From the NCBI GenBank assembly GCA_051532055.1, contig JAOPTX010000032.1, forward strand, positions 32,001 through 96,000: a DNA stretch of 64,000 bases, read 5' to 3'. The translations under genes and the position numbers were made by a program. The notes beneath the pieces were generated by a model. It saw only the letters and a list, made by a program, of their open reading frames with translations. It made no database searches and had not been told where the DNA came from. Positions 45,965-55,154 of this stretch are shown here, in pieces; within the stretch, counting starts at the first letter, position 1; each line of letters opens with the position of its first letter. Origin of the DNA: Fibrobacterales bacterium (GTDB lineage: Bacteria > Fibrobacterota > Fibrobacteria > Fibrobacterales > JAOPTW01).

Positions 45965-48900
45965 TATCCCTTAGGTCGCGGTGAAGTTTGATCCATCGCT
46001 TGCAAATAATTATAGGCACGAGAACCCAGGGCTCCAGATTTACCATCTCGATCCACAATTTTCTGATACATTTTACGAGCACGCTCTGGGTCACCACTTC
46101 GTTCATAGATTTGCCCAATATCAAAGAGTGCCGTCAGAGCCCACATACCACCACCTGCATACAGATAATTCACTTTGTAATACTCTTTTACTGCCTCGTC
46201 AACACTCCCCAGGCGATCAAGTGTTTTCGCATACCAGTAGTGAGATTCTGCGACACGTTCGGACTCTGGATCATCTAATGCTCTTTTAAAAAGGTTACGA
46301 GCTTTAACAAATTCTTGTGCATTAAACCAACAGAAACCGGCACTTACATAGAGTGCCGCATTGTCAGCCTGTTTTTTAAAGTCCTTCATAAGAAGGTCAT
46401 AGAGTTGGGCCGCCTGAGCCCATTGATTACTTTTCTCGTGAGCAATTGCTGCATTATAGGCTGCGCGATAACGGGTTGACTCTGAGACGCCACCACTTTT
46501 TAAAACCCTACGGTACAACTCTGAAGCCCTCAAAAAGTTTTTTTGCTGATAATAACATGTTGCCATTTTAAATACAACATCCGACTTACTCTGCCCCTCA
46601 GGGTAGTCAGCGACATACCCTTTGAATATATTCAGAGCCTTATTAAAGTTTCCTTTCTTAAAGGCAAGAATGCCAAGATAGTAGACCCCTTCTCCAGCCC
46701 AGGTAGTCTCATTAAACTTTTCTGAAAGGTACTCAAACCTCTTCTGCGCTTTTTTTGGTTCATGACGATCCATAAAGGCTCGTCCGGAATAATAGATAAT
46801 ACGAGCATGCCCTTCAGGGTCGGTATCAAATCGATCTTTGTACTCTTTATACGCATCATGGTATCGATCTTTTTTTCCAAGCATTGCAAGACAGGCAACC
46901 TGTCCGCCCATTGCTTGTGCACTATCACGACTATTCTGTGATGCCGATACCGCTTTTTCATAATACCCTTCTGCATCTTTAAAGCGATCCATCAATAAAG
47001 TCATTTCTGCAACATGATAGTAGAGATACCCTTTTGACCCTTTTGGCGATATCACAATTGCATTCAGTAATACTGCTACCGCCGCCTCTTTCTCACCTGC
47101 AAATTTAAGAAGTTTTCCCTGTGCCTCAAGAGCATCTGCTTTACGAGGATGTTTCGGTAGCTGAGTAACAAATTGCCCATACATATCAGCAGCCTTTTTC
47201 CATTGGTGCTCTTTTTGTGATATCGAAGCAAGAGATTGATATGCGTTATATATTGAATCACTATAGGTAAATCGCTCAATATATCCATTGTATGCTTTTT
47301 TTGCAGCAAGGAGATCACCTTGAGCTTCATAAGCACGAGCAATTTGAAGCTGTGCCTGTTCTGCAGATGTAGTTGAGAAAAACCGGTACTGCACCTGTTT
47401 AAATTGTCGAATTGCCTCACGGTGATTTTTCTTTTTTATATACACAAGGCCACTATAATAGAGCCCTGCTGACTCTATCTCTTTCGAAAGTGCCTTTTCT
47501 TTTAAAAGTAATCTCAAAGTCGGTTCTGCTTTTACAAAAGAATCGGTCAGATAGTATGCTTGTGACACCCCAAGAAGTGCTGCTACTCTGAGTGTACTAT
47601 CTCGATATTCATTTAAGATGCGCTGAAAATACTCGACAGCCTTTAGGCCAATCGAACCCCCAAAGGATTCCGCCTGTTTTAGATATGAATTACCCATAGC
47701 ATAGAGCACATTCGGAATAAAATTACTCTCAGGATACCGCTTTACAAATTCTTGATAGGCAGAGAGATTAAACACCTCCATCTCTAATAAATGATATGCA
47801 GCATCATCAGCATAACTACTCATAGGAAAATTCTTTTGAACCATCTCATACGCAATTCGCCCTTGATATACTAGTTCAGGCACTACACTTGTTCTGTTTT
47901 CATAGCGAGCACGCTCTATGAGGAGCTCATACATTTCTCCACTTTTTAACCAAGCGTAATCCCTTTGCTCACCAACGGGAAACTCAGTAATATAGCGCTG
48001 ATAACTCTTTAATGCGCGATGGTATTCTTTTAAATCTTCTTCGAGAATTCGTGCCACATGGAGTGGCTTCTCAGAATACTCTCCACGCTCAAGAACGAGC
48101 AAAATATGATTCAAGGCTTCGTCTCTATTTTTTAATTTAAATCGACTTAGATAGTTGTAGTGCTTTTGAGCCTCTTTCGATTCAATACTCGATGGATAAT
48201 CCTCCATTAATTTTCGATATTCATAGGAAGCCTCTTTTAACTTCTCTTCATGCAGATAGCAGCGGGCCACACCCAGAGCCGCTTGAGGCGCTTCGGATGC
48301 AGAAGGAAAGTTCTGAATAAATTCCTCAAACACACTAATAGCAACCTTATACCGAAAGAGCTTCACTTCATATATCTCTGCAATTTTCAGAAGCAACTCT
48401 TTTTTATCAATTTCAGATGCAATATCTACTGCACGATAGTATGATTGAATGGCATTTTGATACATTGCATCTTTTAAATACGCATCACCCGCCATGCGAT
48501 AAGCCTGTACATGACCTTCCGCTCCCAGAGCGGTAAGCAATGCAATGCCTTCACGAGGCTCACCCACTCCTATTAAAACTTTTGCACGGAGGTATCGAAG
48601 CCCCTTGATAAAATATGCATCAGTAAAAACCACTGTTTGAGCTACAGAATGTGCTATAGTAAAGTTTTTGGTTTCAACGAGTGCCGAAAGAAGGTGATAC
48701 CGAGTTCGTTCACTCAATTCAGCAAGTGACTTTGAGTCAAGAAATCCTATGAGTGTTCTGTATTGCTCTGACGCATACAAAAATCCAGAATATTCATTAA
48801 TTAATGAAAGACTATCTGTGGAATCTCCTACTGATAGCAGGTTTTTATAGAGGACCGTTGCACTATCATTCTGAGAGAGTTGTGACCAAGATCGAGCCAT

Positions 48901-49521
48901 GAGGAGCCATGCACGTTTTTTGTTCCGCTCCTTCATTCCCTGTTCAAGAGAACGTTTAAGCCATTGAATAGCATCAATCCACTCAGACTCTTTAAATGAG
49001 GTTCTTCCAAGAAGCGCCATACAAAGCTGACGCTCATCACCTTTGGGAAACTGTTCGAGATATTGCCGTGCATATCCTTTTGTCGATTCAAAGTCATTGG
49101 CTACAAAGGAGTAGTGCCCCGCTTTATATAATGCACGCTGACCCAGCACCTTTTTATTGCGCTGTGAAAATTTGTAAAACAAATCACTCGCCGCTCCTGG
49201 CTTATGTAATTTAGTCAAAACATCAGCTCGTTCATAGAGAACTGCACTTATTTCGGTATGTAAGGGATACGATAGGAGAAAATCTTGATAGACCTGGCTC
49301 GCTTTTTCGTATTCAAACAGCCGGGTCAAGCTCCGGGCAAGCCCAACCCGTGCCTCTGGCTCACTATCTTTTTCAGGGCTATCAGAAAGAAATGCTCTAT
49401 AGTGTTCGGCGGCAGCATTGTAGACTTCGTCTTTAAAATATTTGTGTGCGAGCACTAAATCTCGCGGTGTTGCAGACACCAATCCTACCCAGAGGAACAC
49501 AATAGTTACACTTACATTCAT
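45964..49521 (-). CDS. large periplasmic tetratricopeptide-repeat protein (CpoB/BamD-like repeats)
   Basis: Signal peptide; many A...Y..F...[FY]P.S TPR units; 1-bp overlap with recO. Confidence 0.85.
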   Translation of the reverse strand: MNVSVTIVFLWVGLVSATPRDLVLAHKYFKDEVYNAAAEHYRAFLSDSPEKDSEPEARVGLARSLTRLFEYEKASQVYQDFLLSYPLHTEISAVLYERADVLTKLHKPGAASDLFYKFSQRNKKVLGQRALYKAGHYSFVANDFESTKGYARQYLEQFPKGDERQLCMALLGRTSFKESEWIDAIQWLKRSLEQGMKERNKKRAWLLMARSWSQLSQNDSATVLYKNLLSVGDSTDSLSLINEYSGFLYASEQYRTLIGFLDSKSLAELSERTRYHLLSALVETKNFTIAHSVAQTVVFTDAYFIKGLRYLRAKVLIGVGEPREGIALLTALGAEGHVQAYRMAGDAYLKDAMYQNAIQSYYRAVDIASEIDKKELLLKIAEIYEVKLFRYKVAISVFEEFIQNFPSASEAPQAALGVARCYLHEEKLKEASYEYRKLMEDYPSSIESKEAQKHYNYLSRFKLKNRDEALNHILLVLERGEYSEKPLHVARILEEDLKEYHRALKSYQRYITEFPVGEQRDYAWLKSGEMYELLIERARYENRTSVVPELVYQGRIAYEMVQKNFPMSSYADDAAYHLLEMEVFNLSAYQEFVKRYPESNFIPNVLYAMGNSYLKQAESFGGSIGLKAVEYFQRILNEYRDSTLRVAALLGVSQAYYLTDSFVKAEPTLRLLLKEKALSKEIESAGLYYSGLVYIKKKNHREAIRQFKQVQYRFFSTTSAEQAQLQIARAYEAQGDLLAAKKAYNGYIERFTYSDSIYNAYQSLASISQKEHQWKKAADMYGQFVTQLPKHPRKADALEAQGKLLKFAGEKEAAVAVLLNAIVISPKGSKGYLYYHVAEMTLLMDRFKDAEGYYEKAVSASQNSRDSAQAMGGQVACLAMLGKKDRYHDAYKEYKDRFDTDPEGHARIIYYSGRAFMDRHEPKKAQKRFEYLSEKFNETTWAGEGVYYLGILAFKKGNFNKALNIFKGYVADYPEGQSKSDVVFKMATCYYQQKNFLRASELYRRVLKSGGVSESTRYRAAYNAAIAHEKSNQWAQAAQLYDLLMKDFKKQADNAALYVSAGFCWFNAQEFVKARNLFKRALDDPESERVAESHYWYAKTLDRLGSVDEAVKEYYKVNYLYAGGGMWALTALFDIGQIYERSGDPERARKMYQKIVDRDGKSGALGSRAYNYLQAMDQTSPRPKG

Positions 49522-49571
49522 ATTCTATCCTGTTATATCATCTCTTATGTAAAAAACTCTCAGTTAAGTCA

Positions 49572-49919
49572 TTACCCCATTGCGGTGCCCATTTTTCTGC
49601 CACCAAGTACATGAAGATGGAGGTGATTTACTACTTGACCACCATCACTTTTAGTATTCACAATCATGCGAAAACCATTTTCTTCAAGCCCCAGTTCTTC
49701 TGCAACTTTTTTTGCGACCAAAAAAAGGCGTCCAAGAAGTACACTATCACTCTCTTCAAATTCAAAGATTGTTTTTTTATGCACTTTGGGAATTACCAAA
49801 AAATGAACTGGTGCTTGAGGAGCAATATCTTTTATGGCAATGATTGATTCATCTTCATAATATTTTTCCGTTAACATATCGTCACCCGACAATTTGCAAA
49901 AGACACAATTATCTGCCAT
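49572..49919 (-). CDS. hinT: histidine triad nucleotide-binding protein
   Basis: CVFC, DIAPQAPVHFLVIPK, GGQVVNHLHLHVLGGR. Confidence 0.93.
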   Translation of the reverse strand: MADNCVFCKLSGDDMLTEKYYEDESIIAIKDIAPQAPVHFLVIPKVHKKTIFEFEESDSVLLGRLFLVAKKVAEELGLEENGFRMIVNTKSDGGQVVNHLHLHVLGGRKMGTAMG

Positions 49920-50080
49920 TTGAACCTCACTTAATATTTCTAATAGATTTAAAAGTAAAAAAATCCCTCTTATACGCCATAAATAGTGGAATATTGCCGA
50001 TTTCTTTTGGTATAATTAACTAACAGAGATACAGCGTTTTGTGGTCTGTCTACCACTGAGAGATTTATATAGGATTCACT

Positions 50081-51274
50081 ATGTCAAACAATATTGAAAC
50101 ACTCGAAACAGAAATAGAGGCCCTAAAGGATGAACTCCTTATAGCAAAACGTGAAGCCCAAAAAGCGCGAATTGCAAAAGAAAACTTCATCGCCAATCTC
50201 AGTTACGAAATTCGAACACCCATGAATAGTGTTCTTGGCTTTTCACACTTTCTTCTCGACACCGCTCTTGACCCTGAGCAACAAGAAAACATTGAAGACC
50301 TCTGTTCAGCTTCCAACAAGCTCATCGATACTATTAATAATATAGTTGATCTCTCGAAAATGGAAGCCGGGGAACTCAAAATAGAATCCACAGGCTTTAA
50401 TCTCAAAAATATTATTGACCGATCCTTTAAAGATATTGAACCGCTTCTTACCAAAACCAATATTAGCCTTCCCGAACTCGATCTCTATTGGGAAGACTTC
50501 GAGAAACTCGATGGCGACCCCAACAGAATCAAGCAGATACTCATAAATATTCTTACGACATCCGTCGAAAACACCAAATCGGCCGACATCAGTTTTGACA
50601 TTTCCATTGAAGAAGAAAATCAGCAAGAAGTAACTCTCCGTTTTGAAGTATTTGACAACAAAACTATGATCAGTGAAAAAACTATTGAAGCAATGTTCTT
50701 AAAATTTAGTGACGATGACATCACCGATCACTCGCTTCACACATGCTCTGGAATAGGTCTCTCAATTGCTGAACATTTGGTCCACCTCATGCATGGTGAT
50801 ATTGGTATCGAGACTGCTGAAGCAGGAACCTCTTATTGGTTCACTTTATGCTTCAAACGAGTTGATGTTGCTGAAGCTGAAACTATTGGTGCTGCAACTA
50901 TCAATAAGAATATCACTATTCTGATCGCTGAAGACAACTCTCTTAATCAAAAAATGATTACCCGCCTACTCAACAAAGAAAATTTTAAAAACCTTATAAT
51001 GGCAAATGATGGTAAAGAAGCATTAGACAAAGTTAAAGAAACGACTGTTGACCTTATATTAATGGATATGCAAATGCCCGTAATGAATGGTTTGGAATCA
51101 ACTGATGCTATTCGCTGCCTCGAAAGCGATAAAGCAGGCATTCCAATTATTGCCCTTACCGCAAATGCAATGGAGAATGATATTAAGAAATGCCTCAATG
51201 CAGGTATGAATGATCATATCGCTAAACCTATTAACAAAGAAGACCTTCTTCAAAAAATTAAAAAATGGGTGTAA
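50081..51274 (+). CDS. hybrid pseudo-histidine kinase with receiver domain (His replaced by Tyr)
   Basis: H-box FIANLSYEIRTPMN; degenerate N and G1 boxes; intact REC (AEDN, LMDMQMP, AKP). Confidence 0.85.
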   Translation: MSNNIETLETEIEALKDELLIAKREAQKARIAKENFIANLSYEIRTPMNSVLGFSHFLLDTALDPEQQENIEDLCSASNKLIDTINNIVDLSKMEAGELKIESTGFNLKNIIDRSFKDIEPLLTKTNISLPELDLYWEDFEKLDGDPNRIKQILINILTTSVENTKSADISFDISIEEENQQEVTLRFEVFDNKTMISEKTIEAMFLKFSDDDITDHSLHTCSGIGLSIAEHLVHLMHGDIGIETAEAGTSYWFTLCFKRVDVAEAETIGAATINKNITILIAEDNSLNQKMITRLLNKENFKNLIMANDGKEALDKVKETTVDLILMDMQMPVMNGLESTDAIRCLESDKAGIPIIALTANAMENDIKKCLNAGMNDHIAKPINKEDLLQKIKKWV

Positions 51275-51283
51275 CTCTTACCT

Positions 51284-53389
51284 ATGTATAAGTCTACTAA
51301 GTTCCGAGTCATTACTACTTCGTTAATATTTTTCAGTAGCATATTAGCTGTCTACATTGTTTCCTCTAATTTGCAACAAGAGTATTCATTTAAACAAATT
51401 CACTCATTAAAGAGTGAACTTCAGGTTCTCCAAAACAATATTAATTCTGAAACCCATCTAAAAAAAACTATTTATAAGTCGCTTATAAATGCTCTTTCTC
51501 ATACAAAAGAAATCACTCACCAAGAGTTTATTAATCACACTAATTTTCTATTACAAGACCAGTTCAATAGTGTTTCCTCTATTTCATATATTTCCAGTGA
51601 CTCAATTCTCTATTCAAATTACAACCCCCTTTCCCAAAAGGTTATTATACCTTCAACCTATTCTCAATTTTCAAATTTCCGCACTCTACAAGCGCAACAG
51701 TACGAAATACCTATATTCACTACTACCGAGGCTACGTACCTTTACTATAATTTACCCCTCTCCCAGGGAGGCTCCCTTCTCATAGTCACTAACTTGACTG
51801 ACATTGTATCTCGTATTACCCCATCAGCAATTACGAAACATGCCTTTGGAACTCTCTACATTTGTGATTCTCTTGCACAACCCCTTCTCCATATTAGTGG
51901 CGATACAACTCATGTGACTTCAAACGCCCTTTCATTTGTCATGAAAGGATACCAAAGTCACTGGCTCATTTTTGTCTCACCCAAATCAGGTTGGATCTAC
52001 AACAAATCACTCTTCTCTTTTCATCCCTATATTTGGCCTATTGGTATTGTGATCACCCTACTACTCACCCTTATTTCACACTACTACTTCTCACAATTAC
52101 AAGCCAATGAAGCACGCACTCAGAGTATTAAAGAATATCAAGAACTTGTTGAAGGGGCAAACTCTTTAATACTTCGACTCGATCCAGAAGGAACTATCAC
52201 CTACATCAACTCCTTCTGTCGACGGTTTCTTGGGTATAAAACATACGAATTACTTCATAAAAAAATATTCGATGTTCTTAATAGCAGTGGTAACTCAACA
52301 GGTTGGGACACCAAACAGTTCCTCGCACAGCTCGTTCGGCACCATATCAACAACTCTATGCTTGAGCTTGACAGTACTAAAAAAAGCGGCGAGCCTGTCT
52401 GTATTCTCTGGTCAATACGCGTCATCAGAACACCTGATGGATCAATATCTGAATTACTCTTTGTGGGTCAAGACCACACTGAACGGAAACAAGCAGAGAA
52501 TGAATTAGAGTCCTATAGAAACAACCTTGAAGAACTCGTTAAGCATAGGACCCAAGAGCTTGAATCGAGCAACCGAAAACTTAAAGGGGAAATACAAGAG
52601 CGAAGACATGCTGAAGCACGACTCATGAAAAGTGAAGAAGAACTGACTCTTGCCAAAGAGTACGCAGAAGTTGCCAATCTAGCAAAGAGTGAGTTTCTCG
52701 CAAACATGTCACATGAATTACGCACCCCTTTGAATGCTATAATTGGTTTTTCTGAGATGCTCAAAGATGGATTTTTAAACGGCCAAGAAGAAGAGCAACA
52801 GAATATTTACAAGCGGGTATTTGATAGTGGTACACACCTTCTCTCACTCATAAATAATATTCTAGATCTTTCAAAAATCGAGTCGGGCAAAATGCAACTC
52901 GAGGCAGAAGAGACTGAGATAAACGATGTACTTGAAGATAGTATTCAAATTATCAAAGACAAAGCGCTCAACCATAGAATTACCATTGGCTTTAATATAC
53001 AACCAAATATGGGAATCCTTATACTCGACAGAACAAAAGTCCGTCAAATCCTTTTCAACTTGCTCTCAAATGCTGTTAAATTTACCCCTGATAGAGGTGA
53101 GATTGAGGTTGGTGCTGCTATTGTTACTATTCCTGGTTCTGATATCACCGGAGATATTCTTAAATTATGGGTCAAAGACTCTGGTATTGGTATTCCAGAA
53201 AAGAGCATTAACGAGCTCTTTAAACCATTCGAACAACTCGATAGTTCACTAGCAAAGCAGCATGAGGGTACCGGTTTAGGACTTGTGATCACCAAACGAA
53301 TTGTTACGCTCCATGGTGGTGAAATAGAAGTAGAATCTGAGAGTGGTAAAGGCAGTACCTTCACTGTTCTGATTCCAGCTAAACGATAG
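51284..53389 (+). CDS. membrane PAS sensor histidine kinase
   Basis: Two TMs, PAS ([14 protein letters not shown]), [38 protein letters not shown]. Confidence 0.92.
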   Translation: MYKSTKFRVITTSLIFFSSILAVYIVSSNLQQEYSFKQIHSLKSELQVLQNNINSETHLKKTIYKSLINALSHTKEITHQEFINHTNFLLQDQFNSVSSISYISSDSILYSNYNPLSQKVIIPSTYSQFSNFRTLQAQQYEIPIFTTTEATYLYYNLPLSQGGSLLIVTNLTDIVSRITPSAITKHAFGTLYICDSLAQPLLHISGDTTHVTSNALSFVMKGYQSHWLIFVSPKSGWIYNKSLFSFHPYIWPIGIVITLLLTLISHYYFSQLQANEARTQSIKEYQELVEGANSLILRLDPEGTITYINSFCRRFLGYKTYELLHKKIFDVLNSSGNSTGWDTKQFLAQLVRHHINNSMLELDSTKKSGEPVCILWSIRVIRTPDGSISELLFVGQDHTERKQAENELESYRNNLEELVKHRTQELESSNRKLKGEIQERRHAEARLMKSEEELTLAKEYAEVANLAKSEFLANMSHELRTPLNAIIGFSEMLKDGFLNGQEEEQQNIYKRVFDSGTHLLSLINNILDLSKIESGKMQLEAEETEINDVLEDSIQIIKDKALNHRITIGFNIQPNMGILILDRTKVRQILFNLLSNAVKFTPDRGEIEVGAAIVTIPGSDITGDILKLWVKDSGIGIPEKSINELFKPFEQLDSSLAKQHEGTGLGLVITKRIVTLHGGEIEVESESGKGSTFTVLIPAKR

Positions 53390-53433
53390 TATACCTCTAT
53401 TCAAGGTATTCACAATTTACAACAGATGGTTAC

Positions 53434-55035
53434 TTAGGATTGTTCATCAACACGTTTTAAGAATTTTGAAAGCACTTGTACAAAACGTGTTTTATTAATG
53501 GGCTTCACAATAAAGTCCGTAAAATCCATATTCTTCATCTCTTTTTCTTTAGCAGAGTAAGCCGAAACACCAACCACGGGCGTATCTTTTATCTCTTTTG
53601 TCTTTCGAATGATTCGTGTCGCTTCTAGACCATCCATTACCGGCATCTGAATATCCATCAATATTAAGTCAGGTTTCAATTTCTTTGCCTTCTCAACACC
53701 TATTTGACCATTCATAGCCACTTCTATTTCAAGTCCCATTTTTTTGAGCATCTTCTTAATGATCATAACATTTATAGGCTGGTCTTCACATAAGAGGATT
53801 TTATTTTCCGAAGAAAATTGAATATCAGTCCAATCAGCTTTTTTAGTTGGATCTACTGCAACTACATATGGTATAGAGAATAGCAGTGTGCATTCTTGTG
53901 GTGTTGCATTTTTAACAATCACATCACCCTTCATTAACTGAGCATACCGCTTTGCGAGAGGGAGTCCGATACCAAGACCTTTGAGTCCACTATTATCATA
54001 TGAAGTCATATCAATTTTAGTATCAAATAAGGTATTTATAGTTTCGGGACTGAGATTAACCCCTTTAAATGTCGCAGTAATTTCGAGTTTATCACGCTGA
54101 AGGTCCATACCCAACCCAATAGCACCTTTACTATGAATCTCACTATAGCCAAACTCCATTATGGCAAAAATCACTTGTTTAAACTTTATTTTATCTGTTA
54201 CAATATTTTCATTTAAAGCTTCGTTTTTATGATACGAAAATTCAAGTCCCTTCTCTGAGGCCTTCACCTTAAACAAAGAAACCATCGAGCTCATGATCCC
54301 TGCAACATCAAAGGATTCAATCTCTTCATTCAAGCTTCCATGCTCAATTTCCGAAAGAGTTATTATGTTATCAAGTATTTTTGCGAGGTTAGTACTACTC
54401 ACATTTACTGCTTCTAGAATTGATTCAAAATCTTCAAAATCTTTTTGCCGATACATCTCAAGAAGCATAGATGAAAAATTGATTATCACATTGAGGGGAT
54501 TCCGTACTTCATGTGAAATATCTGAAAGCAATTCACTCTTTATCTTATATGCTTTTTCGATAACCTCACGAGAATCAGATAAATTCTTGTGCTCTTTTAC
54601 CAGTTCATTAGTTCGTTCTTTTGAAAGTCGATCAATATGTTCTTGAAATGAGATCCTCTTTTTACGCTGCTGGAGCATAACGGCATTGCGAACAACTGAC
54701 ATCAAGTCATAGATATTAAGCGGTTTACGTATAATATCAAAAACCCCTCTCTGATAACACGTTTTGGACGTCTCCATGCTCGTATCTCCAGTCATAACGA
54801 CCACTGAGAAGGTGCTATCAAAATTGAGCTTAATATGATCTATAAATTCAAATCCACTCATTTTGGGCATATTTAAATCAAGAAGAATGCAGAGAGGAGT
54901 ATGCTTTTCAAAGAGCTCTAAACCCTCTTCTGGCTTTGTTGTTACATGAATGGTATAGTTTTCATCACTCAATGCTTCAACAACCAAGTCGAGACTTGAC
55001 TGATCATCATCAATAACGAGTATACTATTCTTCAT
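53434..55035 (-). CDS. REC-HisKA-(degenerate HATPase)-REC hybrid regulator
   Basis: N-terminal REC (VIDDD, LDLNMP, RKP), SHEVRNPLN, C-terminal REC (CED, MDIQMP, VKP); N and G1 boxes not recognisable. Confidence 0.85.
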   Translation of the reverse strand: MKNSILVIDDDQSSLDLVVEALSDENYTIHVTTKPEEGLELFEKHTPLCILLDLNMPKMSGFEFIDHIKLNFDSTFSVVVMTGDTSMETSKTCYQRGVFDIIRKPLNIYDLMSVVRNAVMLQQRKKRISFQEHIDRLSKERTNELVKEHKNLSDSREVIEKAYKIKSELLSDISHEVRNPLNVIINFSSMLLEMYRQKDFEDFESILEAVNVSSTNLAKILDNIITLSEIEHGSLNEEIESFDVAGIMSSMVSLFKVKASEKGLEFSYHKNEALNENIVTDKIKFKQVIFAIMEFGYSEIHSKGAIGLGMDLQRDKLEITATFKGVNLSPETINTLFDTKIDMTSYDNSGLKGLGIGLPLAKRYAQLMKGDVIVKNATPQECTLLFSIPYVVAVDPTKKADWTDIQFSSENKILLCEDQPINVMIIKKMLKKMGLEIEVAMNGQIGVEKAKKLKPDLILMDIQMPVMDGLEATRIIRKTKEIKDTPVVGVSAYSAKEKEMKNMDFTDFIVKPINKTRFVQVLSKFLKRVDEQS

Positions 55036-55101
55036 ATAAGTTGTAGGGCAAAACGATATTGATTTATTATACTACTTTTCTATCAATTTGCCACAAAAAA
55101 C

Positions 55102-55136
55102 AAAAAGGCAGCCTGAAATTAATCAGGCTGCCTTTT
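55102..55136 (-). terminator. intrinsic terminator after secDF
   Basis: AAAAGGCAGCCTGA-N6-TCAGGCTGCCTTTT. Confidence 0.85.
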
Positions 55137-55154
55137 CCAAAGTTATTTTAACAC

